Assembly: GCF_009914755.1 (NCBI RefSeq) | Contig: NC_060936.1 | Length of the DNA stretch: 64,000 bases | Reading direction: 5' to 3' (one strand) | Source: the human T2T-CHM13v2.0 reference genome, Homo sapiens | Shown here: positions 1 to 13,479 of the stretch, one piece after another | How positions within the stretch are numbered: position 1 is the stretch's first letter | Layout of the letters: the number at the start of each line of letters is the position of its first letter | Program-made: the position numbers and the translations under genes | Notes under the pieces: generated by a model | Databases searched by the model: none | Seen by the model: the letters and a program-made list of their open reading frames with translations, nothing else | Told to the model about the DNA's origin: nothing

Positions 1-919
1 GCTGTCCACACCTAAATCCTTGTCTCAGAATCTAATTTATGGATATATAAAATTAGGACAAAGGGAGAATTGGGAAGTAAGTAATTTATCCTTTCCAGTC
101 TCTATAGAGAAATGGGAAATAGAAACTGGGATTTGGGAATGGATTTTAGTGTAGCTAATCGATGATTTTTACTATAGCATCTGTTATTAATCACACTTAA
201 CTAATGAAAGCATTATAGTCTAGATATGTTATAAGGAGTCTGAAATCAGACAAGAAGTGAGTCCGTGCTGTGACTGACAAATATAATCTATTATTTACTT
301 GTCAACAATTATAGGATGTGAGAACACATTCCCTGTGGCTAAAATAAACTAGAAATAGAAGTGGGTCAAATTTCTTTTGTCTTATTTGATTCTACAATTT
401 ATTTTCTCTACTTTGAAGACTGAGAATTAACATCTTTGATTTCTTATTTATAATAATTTTACTGGCTTATTTACATAGTTAAAGTTTCTATTACTATTTA
501 CTATTCATGGGCAACATGAATTAGATCCATGTATACTTACAAAGTTATCTATACACTTTCCAGTTTACTTTTGGTGATTAAAAACAGCATTTTTTTCTTT
601 AAATTTATTTTTCGTTTTAATCTCAGCTATAAACTCAATGACTATACTACCCTCTTAGACAAGGGCCGAACTGATTACAGGAAACTTATTCTACTAGGAC
701 CTAAGACTCTGGTAGGAGTTCTAGTTTCTGATTTTTTTAAATGTCATATAGGCATAGCATAATATTTTTGACAAATTATCTTCTGCTCACTTTAGACTAA
801 TTGTTTTCTTTGCCCTTTCTGTCATCTTGATGATTTTTGTAGCCACTGTATTACATAGCTTTTCACACTCCCTTTGACAAAGTATATGGCTCAATAAATG
901 CTTATTAAAAGAATTGTGA

Positions 920-1417
<498 letters not shown>

Positions 1418-2667
1418 TAAATACAATTTTGATAAATGACATTGTGTAATATGTACCATCTGGAATCAAAATACTTGCCATTTAATAAAATAGATACAGA
1501 ATGAATATTAGGGCATTTTTACAATATGATTGTAGAATAAGTATTCTTCTGATTTTAACAAATCATACATTAAAACAAATTTTGTTTGCCAACTTTTTTT
1601 GGAGGTACATAAAATATGAGAAATTAAATGTAAAACTAATTTTTCTTGTGAAATTTTCCTTTAGAGTTGCCAATAATGGAGACCATACAATTCTTTCCAG
1701 ATTTGCATTGGTTTGATTTTGTTGTATATGTGTGTATGTGTATGTGCATGCATGTGTGTGCAGTAAAATATGCAAAATGGGCTATCATTTTGGAACATTC
1801 ATTCTCATTTACCACTGTGCACAATTTAAATTTAGTAAAATTACAACATACTTTTGGCATGAAGTCCCTGAACTAATTATATGGTATTTAATTGCAAAGC
1901 TGATTGGTATATATTTACATGGCATCTGTAAAGATCATTTCAAATGACTGTGAGCTTATTATATTTTCTTGTGAACATGTTCAAATTCATAACTCTGTTT
2001 GAGAAGGAAAACCTTGAATATTAATTCATTGCCCTCAGGCCCCTTAGTCACAGCTGTTTCTTTTATAAACACAGAAGCTTTGATGTGGCAATTCTCATTT
2101 TATTCTGTTGAGATCTTTCACCAAACATTTGGAATTATTCCTTAGGGCCAAAATATTCTGTCAGATAACTTAGAAATTATTGAAATATCTTGATCGTTAG
2201 TGCTGAAAATTTACACTGATCATTCTTTTAAAAGTTTGTTTGCCTAGATTGTGAGGGTAAAAAGCTTCAATTTTCATAAGCAATGGATTGGTTTTACTCA
2301 CTTTATTAATTAGTTTTATTTCTATCAGAAATTATGTATGCCTATATTTAAAGTTTGACATATTTTGAAGGATTGATAACTGAGGTTGAATCTAGACATG
2401 ACTGATGTGTTTTCCTTTTTCTGGGATGTCTTGCCTTTAACCTTTTGAAAAAAACAAAACGATTGTATCAATCTTCAAACTACACCAACTTAATGTTGTC
2501 TGTCCTGTAAGCACTAAAACTTCTAGCATGAATTCTTGTGTATAGTAGTAATAATTGATCTGCCAAAATATGGGTAATACACACATGTAATCTAATTTTG
2601 TGTACCTTTGTTAGTTACTCAAAATGTTTAAATTAGTAAGTAAAGGAAACACTACATTTTCGGATGC

Positions 2668-2975
2668 TGTCTTAGTCCTTCTGAGCTGTTCTAACAATAC
2701 TTGAGAGTGGGTAATTTACAAAGAACAGAAACTCATTTCTCACAGTTCTGGAGGCTGGGAGTCCAAGATTAAGGTATCAGCCGCTGAAGGCCTGGTCTTT
2801 CCACTTCCAAGATGGCTTCTTGTTGCTGCATTCTCCAGAGGAGGGAATGTTGTGTCCTCACATGTTGAAAGTCAGAAGAGCAAGAGATCAAACACTGCTT
2901 GATGTTCCTTTTATAAGAATCTTAATACCAATCACAAAGGAGGAGCACTCATGGCTTAATCACCTCATAAAGGTC
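2668..2975 (-). mobile_element. MaLR LTR (MLT1A/MST-like), 5'-truncated
   Basis: tgtcttagtcc...gggtaatttacaaagaacagaaactcatttctcacagttctggaggctgggagtccaagat matches antisense MaLR LTR. Confidence 0.8.
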
Positions 2976-3264
2976 TTTAGAGTGGGTCCAGTTTGACTCT
3001 TGTGCTTACAAGCGGAGGAAATTTGAATATGCTGAGAACCCCCAGGGAAGTGCACATACAGAAAAAAGACGCTATGAGACACAAAGAAAGACAACCATTT
3101 GCAATCCAAGGAGGGAGGACTCAGGAGAAATCGAACTGGATCCTAAATTGTCTAGATCCTAATTTCTAGATCCTAAATTTTCAGAACTGTGAAAAAAATA
3201 CATTTCTATTATTTAAGTCACCAAATCTGTGATTTTGTTATGGCCGCCCTAGAAAGCTAACACA
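2976..3264 (+). mobile_element. MaLR LTR (MLT1B-like), 5'-truncated
   Basis: Ends cagaactgtga...tttctattatttaagtcacc...ttttgttatggccgccctagaaagctaacaca, a typical MLT1 3' end. Confidence 0.75.
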
Positions 3265-4899
3265 CCTACCATGTTAAAAAAATCTATGAATTCTAGTGTT
3301 TTGAGAAGAAAGAAGCACATTAAACAATACATTTGGAAAGCAGTTGTTTGGAGTTCCACAGATTTGAAGGAAAACTGGAAAGCAACTCAAAGTAGTTTCA
3401 ATATTTAACTGAAACAAAAAATCTCACAATTAGAGGAAAGAGGAATCCTACTACTATTAGGCATTAGAGAGTGAAAGTATAGGGAAAGGAGGTGTGGGGG
3501 TGGTTGTTGGGTTATCAGTGGGACATTTGAGCAAAGTTTCTTATGTAGACCAAGTGGAGAAATAAGACATTTCTAAAAGCATAAAAATAATATTCACTGA
3601 AAGGTACTTACCTCTCAAAAGTGAAATTAATATCTACCTCTACATATGCAAGTCCAAATGTAGTCAGAATTCATTTAGGTTTAGTTAGCTCAGTTAAGCG
3701 ACCCATGGTACCATACATAATCGCTTTCCCTTCTGTCTGTAGCTCTCTTTTGATGCTTTACTCCATGCACCTTTACCTTTAACTCCCTATTTTTAACACT
3801 TTCACAAACACTTCTCCTTCCTTTTCCCAGGACTCATGAAGATATTTCAAGTGGGAGGTATCAAACACCTGCATGGCATTAAGTCTTTAATCAAGGTAAT
3901 AAAAAACAGAGAAGATGCTGTCTAAACATATTTGCCTCATATTCCTCCTAGAATCTCACCGAAGTCATTGTGCAGAATTTTTATAAGGAATAAATCCATT
4001 ACTGCAAAGAGAATTGAAGGGGAGGTCAACGGTGGAAGACAGATTTCAACATCTCTTTGGATGATAATGGAAACAAGGTGGAAATGTGTTAATTCGTTAA
4101 TTAGAGAGGACAAGGCTGCAGTTTAATGTCTGCTCAGGAATGAACACAGAAAAGGGATTCAATCTCCTATTGGAACCCAGGAGAAAAAAAACAATATTTA
4201 GATACTCATACTGTGACTGTCCTTTTTTTAATCTTTCACATTTTAGAATCAATTTATAGGAAATGTATTGCAAACCTCATTGATGCTTTAGTACAGTATA
4301 AGTTTGAACAACTTTGACCACGAATATAAAGGTATATCTGACAAAAGATGATGTCAAAGTAGACAGGATGGTTAGAAAATTACCTCCTCTCACAAAGAGA
4401 ACAATTGAGATGGACTTGTAGAGTTGTTGCAACTGGAAATAGAAGTATGAGAGTTTTTTTTCCTCCCAAAGTTTATTAACTAAGTTAAGAAATTCAAGTA
4501 TTAACACAGCTATCAAAATATAGAAAGAAAGAAGGAAATAGATAAGTATACGTGTGCTCAATGATCTTCCATAACAGAATCAACACAGGTTGCTTAAAGC
4601 TGCCAAATCAAGAAAGATAAAAACATATTATTAGCAGTATGTAGATAACTTCACAAAAACAGTAAATACTAAGAACTGTTATTTCTAGGGAGTAGGACTG
4701 GGATAGAAAAGGTAGGGCAGTAAATTACTGTTCTCACTAGAAGCTTAGCTATTGGACTTTTACAAAGCTCACGCATCATTTAGAGACAAATTTAACCTTA
4801 AATTGGAAATGCTGTACTAATTTCATAGCATTAGGTTTTCATAATTTATCAATTCCTGTCACTAAAAAGATATGCAAAATATGAATGAATTATTCATGA

Positions 4900-5310
4900 T
4901 AGACTGTTATGATGTAATGACATATACTACAAAATTCAGTGGCTTAATACCCCCCCTCCAACAAAAGTTAATTTCTCTCATGTGGTACACGTTCTTGTAT
5001 CAGTCAGCAGAGCAGGTCTGCCTTATGTAATCTCTCAGGCAGCCAGACTAATAGAATGGCAGACCTTCTGCCATCTGTCACCTGAAACGTGCAGACTTTC
5101 CCTCTCTCCACAACAGTGGAAAGGAAAAGAGAGTTGCACCTGAGCAATGCAATTCTTTGACCCGGAAGTAATATCTGTCACTTCCAGTTACTGCACAGTG
5201 ACCAGAAATATTCTTATGGTTTCTTTGTTTTCTTTCATGAAGATGAGAAAGTTTAATTCCACGATGTGTCCTGAAAGAGAGAAATATGGTCTGAGTAAAC
5301 ACTGGACAGC
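4900..5310 (-). mobile_element. Old MaLR LTR (MLT1J/K/L-like)
   Basis: caaaattcagtggcttaa...ggaagtaatatctgtcacttcc...tgtgtcctgaaagagagaaatatggt motifs. Confidence 0.55.
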
Positions 5311-6789
5311 TTCATTAAAATAAAGAAATTTGCATTTAAAGATTTTAGGTAAGTACAGTATTGTGATCAGTATTTGGAAACCTGTACAAACCACTAGTAT
5401 ATTATAAGGGAAAATAACTAATACATTATCAAGTCTTTTTCTCTCTATATATATTTTTTGCCAAACTTTTATGATAAAACTTTTGAGACAACAAACTTGA
5501 AAGAATTTTACAATGAATACCTATATACCAAGCACCTAGACTCTAATATTAGCATTTGACTATTCTAACTCTGTCACATATTGTTCCAGGTATATGGCCA
5601 TCTAAAATCTCTTCAGTGCATCTTTGTTTAAGAAATTCAAATGTTAATAATACCAATAATATTAATGATAATAATCTTGTTCATCAGCACCTAGTATATT
5701 TAGGCATCTTAACTACACTATTACTCTAAGAGGACTCTCAGGCAAAGCATATTATTCTTTGCCTACTGTAATTAAAGAACCAATGTTGCAAGTGTTTAAT
5801 TAACTTGCTCAGTTCCTTTAGCAGATAGAGAATTCAAACTCATTTGTATCAGAGTCAACAGTCTCTATGCTCTTCGAAATATACCTCGCCATCCTTGCTT
5901 TTTGATACGCTGGTGTACTAAGTAACTCAAAACATTTTGTCTCTTTCCTCTTAGCTATATAAAGACCTTGTACATGATCTTACTATGCAGAAGTAGCTTA
6001 TCTTGTGTAGAAATCTTGTTTGTTCCATGTCTGTTTCCATTTCTCTGAAGGCAGAGTCTCTACCTTTGAACCTGAATCATGTACTTGGTTTATACTCCCA
6101 TTAACCAACAGCTTTTTTTATGTCATTTTTAATGTAAGTGAGAGGCCAGAAAATTGAATATATGGCAGAACTCTTGCCCTATTGGAAACAAATCCTGGCA
6201 CCATAATATAAACAATGGATAGCTTTTCAGATGACTTTTGCAAAACACAGTTCTGCTAGTCATTTTACGGTTCTGATCTTTTTCCAGGACAACTTTAACT
6301 TGTCTTAAGAAAGCGTTAAGAACTCAAGACAATGAATCTTTTTCTACACTTGAATTTTGTTTGCTCAGCTGAATGTCACAAAGAAAGTAATATTTTTGAG
6401 AGTTATAAAAACAAATACAAAGATAATAATTCTGTGATTTGCCAAATCATGTTATATTTGCTTCACAGTTTTTTCTACAATGTGCTCATATATTATTTGC
6501 TTTCTTTTCCCAGTATAGAAATATTCTCGGCAAAATGTCCTGAGATCTGTCACAGCTGCATAAAGAACATAAATTCTTTAGAATTTTTGGTAAATATGAC
6601 ATTTCACTGTTTTGCTAAGCCATAAATCACCTTCGTTATAGGCAGTGCTGCAGATGTTGTGCAAACTTTCATTCAATGAGACAAATAATTTTTAAACAAG
6701 TGTTTTAATAATTTCTATGTATTTATATGTATTATCCTATAATAATCCTTTAACTTTTTTTCAGTTATAATGACATATTTTATCATTAG

Positions 6790-6910
6790 AATTAGTATAA
6801 CATAGTGGTCAAAAACAGGGCCTCTGAAGCCAGACTGCTTAGGTATGAATCCTGTATCTGCCTTTCAGCAGCTATGTGACACTGAACAAGACATTCAAAC
6901 TATTTGTTTT
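6790..6910 (+). mobile_element. MIR fragment
   Basis: gtataacatagtggtcaaaaacagggcctctgaagccagactgcttaggtatgaatcc...gctatgtgac. Confidence 0.7.
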
Positions 6911-7479
6911 CAACAGTTCAAAATTTTCATCATTTTGTGCTCTCTTCTTTCCTGGGTTCTAAAGTAAATAATGATCACTTGCATCAGAGATTCCTACCAA
7001 ATCCGAGTTCCTTGATCTTTTGACTTCGTGACTTACTTCCTCTTAATTTTGGGAGTCCCATCCTATGACCACACCCAGAATCTTTTCATCTCTCAACATT
7101 GAGCCTGTTAAGATATCTTCAGCTGTAGGCTCCCAGGCTCAGGTTACTCTTTTTCTTCCAGCTTATATATGCCCTAATGCCTCTCATACCCGTACTTCAA
7201 CCTACTGAGCCTTCAGTATTTTTCTCCCAATTGTCTGTCGCCTCCTGATCTCATTATTTTTTTCACTATCCAACTTCAACTTCATAGTTCACTAGCCCCA
7301 TTCTATCACCCTCAACTTCACTTGTCTGTTTACCCATGCATTGCATAAAAATTTAAAACCTTTGACATGGATGAGTTCACCATTTATTTTTCTCAGTTTT
7401 TTATTCATAAAATGGTCTGATCTGGTGGAGAAAGTCTATGCAATTGTGTGTATCAGAGTCCCTCCTAATAAAAAAATTC

Positions 7480-7720
7480 CAACCTATCATTTATTGGGTA
7501 TTTTCTATGTGTCAGATGATGAAAAGTTTTACATCTATTCTCTCTTAATTCTCACAGCAACTGTGTAAGATAGATGATATTGTTCTTTATTTTACAGATG
7601 AGGATGCAATTCTTAGAAATGTTAAGACATTTACCAAAGATCAAAGAGTTAGTAACAGCACAGGGTGGATTTGAAACTTCATCTTTTCCCTCCATAGCAC
7701 AAGTTCTTAGCCACTGTACA
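7480..7720 (-). mobile_element. MIR
   Basis: ttaattctcacagcaac...attttacagatgagga...gttaagacatttaccaaagatc MIR core, antisense. Confidence 0.7.
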
Positions 7721-8065
7721 TGTAATTACCAATATATGTAGGTTGAAATGTACAATTTTACAACGTGCTTTCTACTTGTTTTTTTTAACTTTCTGTTCTT
7801 CCCTTCTTTTGGATTCCGTAAATAACTTTTCACTCTTTTTTTTTCCATTGTATTAGTTTGACAGTTATACGTTCTCTACCTATATGCTCTGGTTAACTTT
7901 GAACAAAAAAATGCATCCATCCTTTATGACATATAACCTAACTGTAACCAATAAACTTTACACTCCTCCTAGGCAATGCACCATTCTTAGAGCACTGTAA
8001 ATTTTAAGTATCTTTATCTACCCATCAATCTATCAAATACCCATATTATGATAAGAAATATTAGT

Positions 8066-8178
8066 GCATGTATGTGTATATGTTTGTGTGTTTGTGCATA
8101 TATATATACACACACATATATATACACATACACATGCACACAATAATAATAAATAACACTTAGTAGTTACCATGTGTG

Positions 8179-8210
<32 letters not shown>
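8066..8210. repeat. Compound (TG)/(TA)/(CA)/(GA) microsatellite
   Basis: Dinucleotide runs seen directly, interrupted by a ~49-bp non-repeat insert. Confidence 0.85.
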
Positions 8211-8211
8211 T

Positions 8212-9135
8212 TAATGTCTTGGCCCTTGGCTTCCAGATATAGAGCTTCTAAAACTCTTGTAGATGGGGGCAATAGGATAATCTTTTGTTCTAATATTTGG
8301 TTTTTGATCCCAGTTATTGACACAGCTCTTAAGATCTCTGTAATTTTCTGAATGATAGGAACACCTGATACAGAACTCCTAAATCCTTTGATATATCCTG
8401 GGTGATTGAAGCATCTTTTGTTCTAATGAGGCAACTCCTTGATAGCCTCTGGATGGAGGCTAGTTGCCCAGGAAACAACTGGCTTGCAAGGGTTTAAACT
8501 TTCATCTGCCATGACCGTCGGTGAGGAAAGAGAGGCTTAAGGTTGAGTTGACCACTAATGGCCAGTGATGCAATCAATTATGCCAACATAATGAAGCCTC
8601 CATAAAAACTCTTAAGCACGCAGTCCCAGAGCTTCCAGTTTGCTGAGCACCTGGAGGTGTCATGAGGCTCCATGCCCCTTTTTGTATACTTACCCTATGC
8701 ATTTCTTCCATCTGGCTATTCATCTGTATCCTTTGTAATATCTTTTATAATAAATCTATAAATGTAAGTAAAGTGTTTCACTTAGTCTGTGAGCTACCTT
8801 AGCAAATTAATCAAACCTGATGAGGAGCTTGCGGAAACTCCAATTTATAGCTGGTTAGTTGGACATGTAGGTGAAAATCTACTATTTGCCTTTGACGTCT
8901 GAAGTTGGAGCCTGGGGCAGTTTTGTGGGACTAAACTCTTAACCTGTGAGACCTGACACTGTCTCCAGGTAGGTAGTTCCAGAATTGAATTGAATTATGG
9001 AATACCCAGCTTCTGTCTGCCAGAGAATTAGTTTTTGGTGGGTGGGGAGAAATTCCCTCACATTTTGGTGACCAGAGGTGTAGTGTTCTGTTGAATGTGT
9101 CAGAGTAGGAAAAACACATTTCTTCCCACTTCTTA
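8212..9135 (+). mobile_element. Solo LTR, MER21-like
   Basis: Repeated atcttttgttctaat, aatgaagcctccataaaaa, AATAAA at ~8748, agcaaattaatcaaacc, cagaattgaattgaattat. Confidence 0.75.
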
Positions 9136-10294
9136 AACACACACACACACACATTTTTACACTCAATTATTTTGATGATTTGCTGAATTCTTTGACACAA
9201 GTCTTATCAAATATGTCATCTGGAATTTTTTTCCTCCATACCATTTGTCCTATCTAGGTTTTTTAAGGGTATTTGGAGGAGTTAAATAAGATAATTCTGT
9301 TGCAATATTTTTAACCACCAAAAATCTATCTTAATTTTTTAAAACATCATTTGCAAATAAATTGCTCAGTCTATCCTTGTATATTTCTTTTCTTTGATTT
9401 GTGCCCTTTTTTCTTGCTTATGAATTAAGTTTATGATATTTACGTGGAAAGATTATAGATAATATTATTTTGTTTTGTTTTGTATTGTATTTTAAGTAGG
9501 TCCATTAAATGATGGATTGAACATTTATAAGAGCCATAATTTACAAAATGGCTTGAACTTATCTCCTAGTTATTACTCCTGAGTTTTAAGAATGATAGTC
9601 ACATTGTACGTAACATCAAGAAAGAGAACAGTATATCATTTGAAAGCTTCAGGGAACCTATAGTAGCTTTGTACATATGTCAAAAAATTGTATGAAGAAA
9701 GTGATTCCATTACTCTTAGCTTCACATGTCAATACTCCGAATGATGTCTGTATTCTCCTAATCTGTCCCCTGTCTCTGACCAGTCTTACCTCATGGGAGT
9801 ATGAATGTTTAAGTGCAAAATTCTTCCAAATTATTGAATAGATTAACAAAGTCTAGAAAATTATACCACATGTTTATATATTCATCCAGACCTCTTTCAA
9901 TAACTTATATGACATCTTCTTCTGGATCAATCATAGTTTGAACTTGTTCAAACTATGTGTAAAAACAAACTCATAATTCTTTCTAAATGTATCTCTATTA
10001 GAAAATATACTGCCGTCTATTCTGTCATGCAAGCCAGAAACTTTAATACCCTCGTTCCTCTCACTCCCCTTTATACAATCTGCCACCAAGTCTTGACAAT
10101 TTTACCTTCTAATACTTTCATATTTGTCCACTTACCTCTAATTCCACCACAACCTTATAATCCAAACTTCCTTTTTTTTTTTTTCTAGCTAGTACTGTAA
10201 GACTGAAGTTCTAACCAATCTCTGAACATTTACTTTTGGTTCCCTGCAAACTGTTTTATTCACAGTGCCAAGGAGAAACATACACATGCACACA

Positions 10295-10545
10295 GTAATA
10301 ATAATAAATAACACTTACTTAGTATTTACCATGGGTCAGGTGCTCTTCAAGGGACTTTACATATTTCAACTCATTTAATCCTCACGGTATGGTAGATGCC
10401 ATTACCTGTCTCCATTTTACAGATAAGAGAACACTGAGGCATACATAATTTAAAGGTTCTGCCCAGGATATGAAGCCAGTAAGTGGCAAAGCTGGGATTT
10501 GAACTCAGCAACTTTAGCTTCAATGTTAGTGTTCTTTACCACTGC
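10295..10545 (-). mobile_element. MIR, near full length
   Basis: aactcatttaatcctcac...ccattttacagataaga...actgaggc...agtaagtggcaaagctgggatttgaactcag. Confidence 0.85.
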
Positions 10546-12005
10546 ATGATGTTACTCTACAATGAAAATAATCCCTTATGATTTAAAACTCTTCAGTGAC
10601 TTTCAAATTATTCCTAAGGACTAGAATCTTTAAATTCGGCGTGGAATATTCTTCCCTTCTACCTTGTGCTGCTAAGTACTTTTAGTCTTTTATATGTTTC
10701 CTTAATCATTATTTCTTTAGGGAATCCTTCTCTCAAATCACTATTATTAATTCCTTCGCAGCATGCAGCTGTCTGTTAATATTTATCACATATGAAATTG
10801 TACATATTTTTTGTGATTTTCAGTTAATTTGTGTCTCACTGTAGAATAAACCATAAACAATATTATTTCATCTGTGTGTAATACAGTCATATATATGGTA
10901 CTCAAGAAATATTTAAAGAAGGAGGGAAGGTAGAAAATTCTTAGAGTTGAAAAGTTCTTGGAGAAACATACCATGACAATGTTATTTCCACATAGGACTC
11001 CATTTTATACTCTGCCTCTTGAATTACCACTTATTCACTGTTTGAAGTCCAGAGGTGGGTAACTCTACCTCAAGAAAAGTTACTTCCATTGCTGGGTGAC
11101 TTGGAACAATATCAGAAAATTCTTTCTTAACTAGAGCCAAAATATGACTTCTTATCAATTTTAACCATATGTTCTACTCTTCATTTTGGGGCTTCCTGGC
11201 ATATGTTTTGTGCCCTTTTCAAATGGCATGTTTTCAAATATTTAAAGTTATGTTCCCCTTCACATATTTTTTCTCAGTCTAATGATATCTGATTACTTCT
11301 ATTTTTATGACATAATTTTTATAATTTTATTTATGTGCTTTGAGGTCATTTAAAACACTTTTCTTTTTGTTAATGTCAATTGATTTGATTTATTACTTTC
11401 AGCCAGCATTTTAAAAACTATGTTCAAAGTTTGTTGATCGGTTCTCCTTTCTCAATCTCAAATAAGTTTTGGTGTAAAAATAAGTAGTAAGTTTTGTATA
11501 AGGTTATAGTAAGGATTGGTTCTTCTTCACCCTCAAATAAATTTGGTGTAAAAACGTAGTTGCACATTATATTATTTTCTTGGAAATTTACATTATAAAA
11601 TAGCATATTACGTTTCTGAGAGGCTTTGAAGTAAACAATTGGACATTTTTAACCTAGTGTTTTACAAATATATATAATCATTTTTCTGTGGAAATATGCC
11701 AGATTTGTAGGATTTTAAAGAATACTGTTGGGAAAATGTATATAAAGGCATCCATTGATCTTTATGGAATACAGATTGCTTATAACATATGTTTGTAAAG
11801 TCATAAGGCTAATGTAAAGTACACGGTACTTTGTTACTTAATGAAATTCTGTTTTTCTTAATTCACAAAAATCAGAAATATGTCAAGTGATTAGAATAAA
11901 AACTTTTTTATGTTTTCTGGAAGAAAAGGAAAATGAAGGTAGGAGTAAACATATTTGAATATATTTATGCCAGAAAAATGAAAATAATTTTTACTATAAC
12001 ACATT

Positions 12006-12011
12006 TTTATT
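12006..12011 (-). terminator. Polyadenylation signal AATAAA, probable distal KERA site
   Basis: tttatt on plus, ~850 nt after the stop codon, followed on minus by T-rich sequence; other hexamers occur upstream in the UTR. Confidence 0.6.
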
Positions 12012-12858
12012 AAAACATGTTCTTTAATGAAGCTTGCTAATTTCTTTGAAATATTCTGTTTTGTTAGAAAGCATTCAATATTTTTATTTAGAAAATCCAA
12101 AAAACACAATCAAATATAAAGAACAATTTGCAGTTTAAGTGGATTTCAAATGTTAAAACACTAAGATTCCACAAGAAATGCATTATAATAAACATAAAAT
12201 TTAGAACTTATAAGAATGCAGTGGACTATATCTAAAAACAACAGCTACAAGAAATGGTAATGAACTAGAAGTGACTGCTGTTTCATTATTTGATATTAAA
12301 TAACAAGAATTCTTTAGTGATGAAGTATTTGATTCATTCCATACCCATTCTCAAGCTAAATATCAAACTTGTACCACCAACAGCTACTTAGCAATCTGCA
12401 ATTGTTTTATTATGATTACAATTAAGAAATATTTTATTTTCTCATTTTCTTCAGGTCGTTATCCTCCTGTTTGATTATTACATTTATACTGTAAATTACG
12501 GTATCTGCATAAGTAATTTTAAACATACACAAATGTGTCCTTTTTATTGTATAAGAATGTAATTGTTTTCTTTAGTGTTAATAAGCTATGGAAGAGACCA
12601 AAATAAAACTATCTTTGAGTTGATAAACTATCTTAACTCTGTGTCTGTTTTATTAATTAAAAGAAAAGCAAATTAATGCAGGCTGTGATGCATGTAACTG
12701 GCAAAAGCATCTTTGAATAGAAAAAATACACTGCACAAATGAAAATGGTGGCCGAGAGCAATGGGGAATATGACTTGTGTCCTAAACCTATTAATGGTAA
12801 CCACATTTCATGTCAGAAACAGCTCATTAAACTAATTTTAGATTTGGTGAGAATGTGT

Positions 12859-13031
12859 TTAAATAATGACAGCCTGCAGAAGTCTGAAGCAGGTCATTAA
12901 AGCCATTGGAATTGGTGGTTTGATTTCATTTCCATCCAGACGGAGGTAGCGAAGATGAGGTCCATAACTGAAGGAATCTCGTTCTGCAGGCAGCATGGAT
13001 GGGCTGGGACATATTACAGAGACATTCACAC
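12859..13031 (-). CDS. KERA: Keratocan coding exon 3 (aa 296-352); absent from the ORF track
   Basis: Acceptor ctctttgtcactgtAG at 13033-13032. Phase-1 join A+GT=Ser, then VNVSVICPSPSMLPAERDSFSYGPHLRYLRLDGNEIKPPIPMALMTCFRLLQAVII and TAA at 12861-12859. Total CDS 1059 nt. Confidence 0.98.
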
Positions 13032-13447
13032 CTACAGTGACAAAGAGAATAGATGAATGAATTGGAACACAAGAGAAACTAACAGTGGGAAGACCAAAAA
13101 ACTAATGCCATGGTCCTATGGAGGGCTTAGTGGCCTAATATATGAAAATAGTGGTTATACAAAACATTTGTGTCAGTGAGAAATTGTGCCTATCTGTTTC
13201 CCCCAAACAAAAGTTCAGCAAACTTAACAGTCATCTCAGTCCATGTTCTGCTACTTAGTATAGAGCACTAGTAAGGAAATACTGTTAAGATCTGTGATAG
13301 AAACAAATGTGTATAAGACGTCACTTGTTTTCTAAATTTGCAGGTAAGATAAAGCACATTTAGATTGCTGTAGGTAGGATTTAGGGCATCAGAGGTGGAG
13401 ACAACAGTTCAGATTTGGGACTGAAAGAATGGGTAAGTACAAGAGTA

Positions 13448-13479
13448 GATGGATGGATGGATGGATGGATCCTGGATGG
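13448..13479. repeat. (GGAT)n tetranucleotide repeat in KERA intron 2
   Basis: gatggatggatggatggatggat seen directly. Confidence 0.9.
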
